From contig NW_027361687.1 in the NCBI RefSeq assembly GCF_039654945.1, positions 34,782,001-34,846,000 of the forward strand: DNA of 64,000 bases. The letters are read 5' to 3'. Made by a program: the position numbers and the translations under genes. Origin of the DNA: Dendrobates tinctorius. Lineage: Eukaryota. Shown piece after piece: positions 56,401 to 64,000 of the stretch. The notes below the pieces were generated by a model, which was given only the letters and a program-made list of their open reading frames with translations, ran no database searches and was not told the origin of the DNA. Within the stretch, counting starts at the first letter, position 1. Every line of letters starts with the position of its first letter.

Positions 56401-59400
56401 GATGCCTGAGGAAATCGTTCTGCCCCAAGTCATACAGTTGTCAGTTAAACAGGACGACCCTTGGTCAGCGACAGTGACCATATCTCCAATGCCAGAGCCC
56501 CAATACATCCATGAGGGGCGCCGCATATTAGAACAGATGTGTGCTGAGTCCGGACTAAAACCTGCGCAAGTTCAAGAAGTGGAGACCGTATTAGGGCAAT
56601 ACCGGTCCGTGTTTGCAAGTCTTGAGGACGACTTTGGCTGTACGACGGGAATCACTCATGAAATACCAACAGGAAAAGCAGCGCCTATCAGAGAGCGATA
56701 CCGGCAGATTCACCCACAGCTGTACCAGGAGGTTCAAGAGATGCTCGGTCAGATGCTACAGGCAGGTGTCATCAGGGAGAGCCAAAGTCCGTGGGTGGCC
56801 CCCATCGTGCTGGTACGAAAGAAAGATGGGACATTGAGGTTCTGTGTAGACTATCGTAAGCTCAACGCCTACACCCTGAGGGACTCCTATCCCCTGCCTC
56901 GGATTGAAGAGTCCTTGTCCGCTTTGGGAAAAGCCAAATTCTTCTCGACGTTGGATCTCGCTAGTGGGTACTGGCAAGTGCCCATGTTTGAGAAGGACCG
57001 GGTGAAAACTGCTTTTATTCTACCCATGGGACTCTTTGAGTTCAACAGGATGCCCTTCGGCCTGGCCAACGCCCTTGGTACGTTCCAACGTTTCATGGAG
57101 AGGTGCTTAGGAGACCTGAATTTTGAGGCCACGCTCATATATTTGGATGACATCATAGTGTATGCTTCCTTGTTTGAAGATCACCTGCGGAGACTGGAGC
57201 AGGTGTTGAGCCGCCTGTATGGACTGAAGGTGAAACCCCAGAAGTGCCACCTGTTCCTGACTCAAATTGAGTATCTGGGTCACGTCGTTTCAGCGGGGGG
57301 AGTGGAACCGTCCCGGGAAAAGATTAAGATGATCCAAGACTGGCCAACTCCGGAGACCGTAAAGGACGTCCGGCCTTCCTAGGATTGACTGGGTACTACC
57401 GTCGGTTTGTGAAGAACTTTGCCCGTGTGGTGCAGCCCGTTAGAGCTCTTGAAAGGGGTACCCTGAATGCAAAAGGCCAGCCCATCCGTTGGGAAGAGAA
57501 ACAAAAAAGAGCTTTTCGGGACTTGAAGAAGGCGCTAACTGGAGCACCGGTGCTAGCTTACGCTGAATTTTCTGTGCCGTTCATTCTCCACACTGACGGC
57601 AGCTTACACGGGTTGGGGCTGTGTTGTCACAGATGCAGGACAGAAAAGAGAGGGTGATCTCTTACGCTAGTCGGAATCGTGAAGGACCGAACGCAATCCA
57701 GGAAACTACAGTTTTTTCAAGCTGGAGTTCCTGGCGCTGGTGTGGGCTATGACGGAGAGGTTCACTGAATACCTGGCCGGCTCGGAAGTGTTGGTGCGCA
57801 CTGATAATAATCCGTTGGCGCATCTGGAGAACGCTAAGTTAGAGGCCCTCGAACAATGCTGGGTATCCTGGATGGCGAAGTTTGAGTATAAGATTGCTTA
57901 CAGGAGGGGGGCCGAAAATAGCCATGCCGCCGCCTTGTCCAGAGTAAGGCATGCCACCCCTGGAAAGAACCCTGATGAGATTTTGGAGGATGAGGAAGTT
58001 CCCCAATTTCAGAAGACTGCTGGGATGGAGGCGGCGACGCTGGATCAAATTTGGACCTCCCCGTGCAAATGAGTGTTGGGAAGAACCAGGGACGAATGGG
58101 TCTGCTTACAGTAGGAGGACGGTGAACTTGCCCTGTTTCGACAATGGGTGACTGCGAAACAGTTGCCCAGGCAAGAACAAAGAAGTACTCTGACTCCCGA
58201 AGCACTAAAAATACTTTGACAGTGGGAGCGACTCCAGATGAAGAATGGCCTGCTGTATCGTAAAGTCCAGCTGCAGAAAGAATTGGGAGCCTCTTGGCAG
58301 GTGGTGATCCCCGAGACGGTGCTGTCCAAAATCGCTGCAGAAGCTCACTAGAGCGGAGCTCACTTTGGTGCAGAGAAAACCTTCCATTGGCTGCAACTTT
58401 TTTTTTCGATCATCCTAGTTTGAGAGCAGCGGTTGAGGCAGCTTTTAAACTCTGCCGGGCGTGTGAATTGGCCAAATCTCCACAACACAGGGCCCCGACA
58501 CAGACTATTGTGACTTGAGCACCCTTGGAACTGTTGACTGTTGATTACTTAACTATCGGACCGGAACATCAGGGATATGACCACTGCCTGGTGGTGGTCG
58601 ATCATTTCTTGAAGTTCGCTGTGGTAACACCCACTCAAGATCAAACGGCAGAGTCGGCAGCTCACGCCATCTGTAAAAACTATTCAGGTCTACGGATGCC
58701 CGCAATGGATTCACTGATCTGGGAGCCTGCTTTTTAGGGAGAGTCATGAATGAGTTACAACAGATCTACCAGTTTGACCGGTCCCATACCACACCGTATC
58801 CACAAGGAAACGGGGCCTGTGAACGCTTTAACCTTACCCTTATACAAATACTGAGAACTTTGAAGGAGGATCGTAAGGCTCGGTGGCCTGAGTAAGTGTC
58901 TGAGCTAGTGTGGATCTATAGTAATCAAGTGGACAAGACCACCGGTTTCACGCCCTACTCTGAGTTGTTCGGCCGTGAAGGGAAAAGAGTCACGGAGCTG
59001 GAATTGGACCCGGGGGGGAGGGGACTACCCACGGACGGGGGTGTCTACCTAGGTTCCAGAACATCGCCATCATCTGCAGACCCTACATCGGCTGGTACAA
59101 ACCCGACTCCAGAAGCTGGAGCACGCTGAGAGACTCCCTCTGCGTGGGACAGATCTCTCGGTCAGAGACCGGATGTTGGTAAGGGAAAAACATCCACGGG
59201 ACAAACTGGAGAATCGATGGGAGAGTCGGCCATACCGGGTGAAGTGTCGGGTCAGCGGGAAAGGGCCCGTCTATAAAATTCAACCAGAAGGAGAGGGGAG
59301 TGCTCCCACCCGGGTAGTGCACCGAAGTATGTTGCTGCCATGCCTCTATGAGGATCCCATACCCGAGGAAGAAACGTCTGAGGTGGTCTCTCCCACAGTA

Positions 59401-62400
59401 GAGGAACAGGATCCAGAACAGCAGCTTGAAAATGTATCTGAGAATCAGGATCCTGGAACCTCAGAAGGGACTGTTACTGCGGGCACTGACCTGGCTTCCC
59501 CAACATCAGAACAGCCAGGTACAGCCACACTTGAGGGACTCCAGTTCTGCTTCCAGTCTACATCGCTCTGAACATACAACGGCTAGACAGCCCCCCCAAC
59601 CAGTACAACCAGGAACAATTCATTTGGCAACAGGCCGCTGAGAAAGATCACAGACGTAACGCGTTCTGGGATGTCTCGCCCTTGGAAAGGCGAGTGAAAG
59701 GAAAGGAGGAGTGTAAGGGGGTGAACGATAATTCCGGCTCCAGAATGTATTCCGGACCAGTCGGGACCGTCGTCACTGCTGCAGGGGGGTGACTTACCTG
59801 GGTGGGGAGAACTCGAGCACCTGACAGAAAGGGGCGTGGGAGACTTAAAAGGGGCTGAGCGCGGGAAGGAGAAAGACTTGGAGCCAACTGCCGCCAGCTC
59901 TTTGCAGACTGTCTGCCTTTTATTCCCTTTACCCAGTGTCCCTCCACGAATGAGACCCATAACAGGTAGTGCAGCAGACGTACTGACCTTTCCTGGACGT
60001 GGTGATCCTGCACGAGGCCTTTTAACCCCTGTGGCCTGTGCGGCGTTGTACTCCCTCTGTACTGCGTCACACTCTAAGAACCCACAGAAGGAACTGTACT
60101 CTTTCTCTAATGGACCCAAGTTCAACGGACCCAAGACCAGCGTACCCGGATACTTCGGTACGGTCAGGAGACAGTGCATTTTGTTTCTACACAGCTGAGC
60201 CAGAGACTTTGTTCACGGACTGCAACGCCGTTGAGAGCTGTTCCAACCACTCTCCAACAAAACTTCCAATCGATGTCATTAATTTCACTTTTACCCCTCT
60301 TGCTGTGTTTTCCTGTATAGTTCACTAGTTGCCTTAACACCTCCCTGCTCAGAGGTTTCCTTTAATACATATTCAATATTTGCTGAAGTAAACTTTTGTT
60401 AACCCCTTCTCTGCCTCCTGTTTCCTGCATCCGACGAACCTTTACAATGTCACCATTGATCGCTATTGATGGACAGACGGCATTCTCAGTGATGTCACCG
60501 CCAGGGCCAGTTTTAGGCAAAGTGGGGCCCTAGGCAAAGTTTAAAATGGGGCCCCAAATGCTAACATATTGCACATCACACGGAAGCATTTCGATTGTAT
60601 TTACATGCGCTGAGTTCAGGACGCTAAATGAGTGTGATCGACAATCTTGAAGTCGTTCAACACTTGTTTCCAGGCCTCTTTCCACCGTCTGTGAAAGAAT
60701 GATGGAGACAGAACAATGACTAACAGATCACCATTCAGTATCATGTTATCGGCAGCACATCTACAGTTTACACCCCATAGTCCTCCATATAATATAATTT
60801 GCCCCATAGTCCTCCATATAATACACTCCTCATAGCCCTCCATATATTAAAATACTCAGTCCTTCATATAGTATAATACACTACTCAGTCCTACATATAA
60901 TATAATGCACTCCTCATTGTCCGCCATATAGTATAATACACTCCTCATAGTGCTCCATATAGTATAATACACCGCCAGTCATCCATATAGTACAATTCAC
61001 TTCCCATAGTATAATGCACCCCATAGTTCTTCATATAGTAAAATATATTCCCCATAGTCCTCGATACAGTATAATGCAGCCCTCATATAGTATAATGCAA
61101 CCACCCCACAGAGTATAATGCAGCCCCGCCATACAACATAATGTAACCCCCCATAGAAAATAATGCAGCCCCCCTCTTATAGTATAATGCAGCTACTCCA
61201 CAGAATATAATGCAGCCCCCTCATAGAGTATAATGCAGCCCCTTATATAGTATAATGTAGCCCCTCCATAGAATACAATGTAGCCCTCCTCATAGTATAA
61301 TGCAGCCTCCATAGAATATAATGTAGCCCCCTCATAACTATAATGAAGCCCCCATACAATATAATCTAGCCCCTCCATAGAATGCAATGTAGCCTCCTCA
61401 TATAGTATAATGTAGCCCCCTCATAGAGTATGATGCAATCACCCCCCCATAGAATAAAATAAATATAATACAGCCCCCCATAGAATATAATGTAGCCCCC
61501 CCATATTATATAACACAGCCTCCCCCATAGAATATAATGCATAATGTATCCCCCATGGTATATAGTACAGCACCACATAGCATATAACCCCCACCTCCCC
61601 CCGAGAATGGCCCCACAGTCCAGTACTCGCTGTTATAGTAAAAAGAAAACACAATCCTCTCCTCGTGCCTGCACTGCTCCCGGCTCCTGTCTCAGCAGCT
61701 ACAGTCTGCCAGGCACACAGTGGGCGCGCGATGACGTCATCGCGCACCCGCAATCAGTTTCAGAGGGGAATGAGAAGAGAGGGAGCGTCAACTGACGCTC
61801 TCCTCCATCATTGCTTTGAACTGTACTGGCGTCTATGATGCCTGTATAGTTCAATGCGGCGGCAGTGGGAGCTGGCGGCAGGCGGGCCCCCCTGCCTCAC
61901 GGGCCCTATAGCGGCTGTGTGATGTGCCGCTAGCTGGGGGATCGGGGGTCCTAGGCAGCTGCCTGCTGCCAACGCCGGCCCTGGTCACCGCTGATCTCTA
62001 GTGATGGATCGGCGGCATTCTCAGTGATGTCACTGCCGATCTCTAGTGATGGATAGACGGCATTCTCAGTGATGTCACCTCTGATCTCTAGTGATGGATA
62101 GGAGGCATTCTCAGTGATGTCACCTCTGATCTCTAGTGATGGATAGGAGGCATTCTCAGTGATGTCACCGCTGATCTCTAGTGATGGATAGGAGGCATTC
62201 TCAGTAATGTCACTGCTGATCTCTAGTGATGGATAGGAGGCATTCTCAATGATGTCACCTCTGATCTCTAGTGATGGATAGGTGGCATTCTCAGTGATGT
62301 CACTGCTGATCTCTAGTGATGGATAGGAGGCATTCTCAATGATGTCACCTCTGATCTCTAGTGATGGATAGGAGGCATTCTCAGTAATGTCACTGCTGAT

Positions 62401-62733
62401 CTCTAGTGATGGATAGAAGGCATTCTCCGTGATGTCACTGCTGATCTCTAGTGAGGGATAGGCGGCATTCCCAGTGATGTCACCTATGATCTCTAGTGAT
62501 GGATAGGCGGCATTCTCAGTGATGTCACCGCTGATCTCTGGTCATAGGTGGCATTCTTAGTTTCCATTCGGTACATTTTGGGGGTTCTCCGGCTGTTCCC
62601 CTTGCACCCAGTAATAATTATCTCCTCATACTTTTCATCATTAATATCCTGCCTGGACATTTTAGGAATCTCGTCTCCTTTGGTTCGTGCCGACGTCTCT
62701 TGTGACTCATGTGGGCTGTCATGCGGCCATACT
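41500..62733 (+). CDS. Candidate unidentified gene, first coding exons 41500-41507, 41642-41709, 62666-62733 (partial)
   Basis: Kozak GACGACATGG and donor CA|GTAAGT. Phase-compatible exons give MGQVQCHTNQRHRQGLMENHVNICRGISSPLVRADVSCDSCGLSCGHT. No homologue recognised. Confidence 0.3.
49951..50430 (+). mobile_element. Retrozyme-like non-coding insert (388-nt monomer plus ~90-nt terminal redundancy) within BEL pol
   Basis: Interrupts the pol motif YDPLG|xVAPLT. 49951-50033 is repeated at 50339-50430. Contains a hammerhead fold. Confidence 0.8.
50083..50123 (+). ncRNA. Type-I minimal hammerhead ribozyme fold (core has a 3-nt deletion)
   Basis: TCCACA-CTGA[TGA missing]-GGGG-CAACA-CCCC-GAAAC-AGCT-GTC-TGTGGA: stem I TCCACA/TGTGGA, stem II GGGG/CCCC, palindromic stem III, cleavage triplet GUC at 50115-50117. 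Confidence 0.8.
53626..53968 (-). mobile_element. Second retrozyme-like insert (343 bp) in the 45-bp array
   Basis: Flanked by an ATCTCTA duplication (53619-53625, 53969-53975). Shares ordered sequence blocks with 49951-50430. Internal 28-nt direct repeat at 53671-53698 and 53764-53791. Confidence 0.78.
53887..53930 (-). ncRNA. Type-I minimal hammerhead ribozyme fold (CUGAUGA box reads AUAAUGA)
   Basis: Reverse complement: TCCACA-ATAATGA-GGGG-TAATA-CCCC-GAAAC-AGCT-GTC-TGTGGA. Confidence 0.82.
54390..60446 (+). mobile_element. Gypsy/Ty3 LTR retrotransposon, decayed; 5' LTR truncated
   Basis: 5' LTR remnant 54390-54803; PBS TGGCGTAGTCAGCAGGAT at 54807-54824, complementary to the tRNA-Ser 3' end with one mismatch; PPT GAAAGGAAAGGAGGAG; 3' LTR TGTAAG...TTTACA at 59712-60446. 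Confidence 0.93.
54823..59571 (+). pseudogene. Gypsy gag-pol, frameshifted
   Basis: Protease CLVDTGSQ, RT (LRFCVDYRKLN, TLDLASGYWQV, YLDD), RNase H (LHTDGS, RTDNNPL) and integrase (LTVDYL) in PR-RT-RH-IN order. Confidence 0.9.
60502..61983. mobile_element. Non-autonomous hAT element (1482 bp) with an internal ~30-bp degenerate repeat (60770-61560)
   Basis: TIR CAGGGCCAGTTTT / AACGCCGGCCCTG; 8-bp TSD GTCACCGC at 60494-60501 and 61984-61991. Confidence 0.9.
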
Positions 62734-62788
62734 GTGAGAACCCACGTGCCCTCCCAGGGATATAGTTTGGGTGCTACTTCTCTTCTTA

Positions 62789-64000
62789 GGCCGGTTTTAT
62801 ACGTCTTGATATTTCCGCTGCCGAAGATGTCAGTGTCCATGTGTGTAATACTTGCGGCATACATGTGGCAACCGTGTGCCGCATCAGTACAACATGCACC
62901 GGCACCTGAAAAGCAGAGGTACAGTAAGCGCTGTTCCCCAGCGCCAGGTGCTGAACACGGTTCTCATCATTTTCTCCTGCTCTGCCAGCGATCAGCGCAA
63001 GCAGGGGAGAATGATGAGTTATATTGAACTGATAAGTGAGAGCAGGAGCGGCTGATGGGAGCATTCATCACCTGCAGCCTGAGCTATAAATAAATAAATA
63101 AATAAATAATAAAAACAGCATGGGGTCACCTGTATTTTCTATAACCAGCCAGGCAAAACTCACAGCTGGGGGCTGCAACCCTCAGCTGTCAGCAAGGCTG
63201 GTTATCAAGAATAGAGTAGTCCCTATGCTGTTTTTTAAAATTATTCAAATAATAAAAAAACGGCATGGGGGTCTCCCCCCATTTTACACAACCAGCTTTG
63301 CAAAAGCTGCCAGCTGGGGGCTGGAAGTCTCAGGCTGGTAAGGGGCCATGGATATTGCACCCCCAGCCTAAAAATAGCAGCCCTCAGCCACCCAGAAAAG
63401 GCACATTTATTAGATGCGACAATTCTGGTGCTTTTCCCACCCCTTCTCTGTTGCTCTGTAGCAGTTGCAAGTGGACTTCATATTTGTGGGGTTGATGTCA
63501 CATTTGTATTGTCAGATGATATCAAGCCCACGGCTTAGTAATGGAGGAGTGTCTATAAGACACCTATCCATTACTAATCTTATAGTTGTATGGTAAATAA
63601 CGACACAGCCAGAATAAAGTCCTTTATTAGAAATAAAACAAAACGTTTTCCATTTTTATTTAAAAATAACAAACATAGTTATAACCACCTAATGCTTAAT
63701 TCCAGAGAAGCCCTCGTCTCCTGTAATAAAACTAAAATAAAAAAAACAACAATATCCCTCACCTGTCTGTTGCTCTGTCCCACGCTGTAATCCATGTCTG
63801 GGGGATGAATAGTTTTCAACCTGGATGGTGACAAGATGCTACCATCCAGGCTGAGACCCACTGGTGACATCATCGAGGTTACTGCCGGTCACTGAGGCTG
63901 TGCTTGCAGCAGCTCAGTCAAAAGTGGTTCTCAGCCTGGATGGTCGCATCTTGGCACCCTCCAGTTTGAAAACTTTATCCCACAGACATGGAATACGGCG
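62789..64000. mobile_element. PIF/Harbinger-like non-autonomous element, left part (runs off the window end)
   Basis: TTA|GGCCGGTTTTATACGTC terminus matches the reverse complement of the terminus at 6581-6597; shares internal sequence with 5900-6010. Confidence 0.65.

Larger units (their letters stand above)
41788..62555. repeat. 45-bp minisatellite in five segments (41788-45436, 53565-53625, 53969-54389, 60447-60501, 61984-62555) separated by TE insertions
   Basis: Unit CTGATCTCTAGTGATGGATAGGAGGCATTCTCAGTGATGTCACCG; ~80 copies in the first segment. Confidence 0.97.

Overview
Vertebrate genomic DNA, most likely from a frog (inferred from the gene set and repeat families; species not determinable). 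There are three intact plus-strand genes: an APOA2 orthologue (CDS 14475-15658, 97 aa), UFC1 (17557-20294, 6 exons, 164 aa) and USP21 (27801-38584, 12 coding exons, 563 aa, with one U12-type minor intron). A possible fourth, unidentified gene starts at about 41500. The rest is mostly mobile DNA and minisatellites: a decayed hAT transposon with an internal 120-bp array, PIF/Harbinger-, hAT- and piggyBac-like MITEs, a young 5'-truncated CR1 LINE with an intact ORF2, two Tc1 elements, and about ten different tandem-repeat families. One 45-bp array (41788-62555) hosts a BEL/Pao LTR element, a Gypsy LTR element, a hAT MITE and a small non-coding insert. The most notable finding is a family of about 340-390-nt non-coding inserts carrying a minimal type-I hammerhead ribozyme fold (49951-50430 +, 53626-53968 -). 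One copy is terminally redundant, the two copies are circularly permuted relative to each other, and they carry an octamer motif. This resembles retrozymes / newt satellite-2 circular RNAs. A third, Penelope-type hammerhead remnant lies at 7166-7202. All three hammerhead cores carry substitutions or a deletion. The CR1 ORF1/ORF2 junction also has a U_UUA_AAC -1 slippery site. Most long ORFs in the supplied track are artefacts of tandem repeats.
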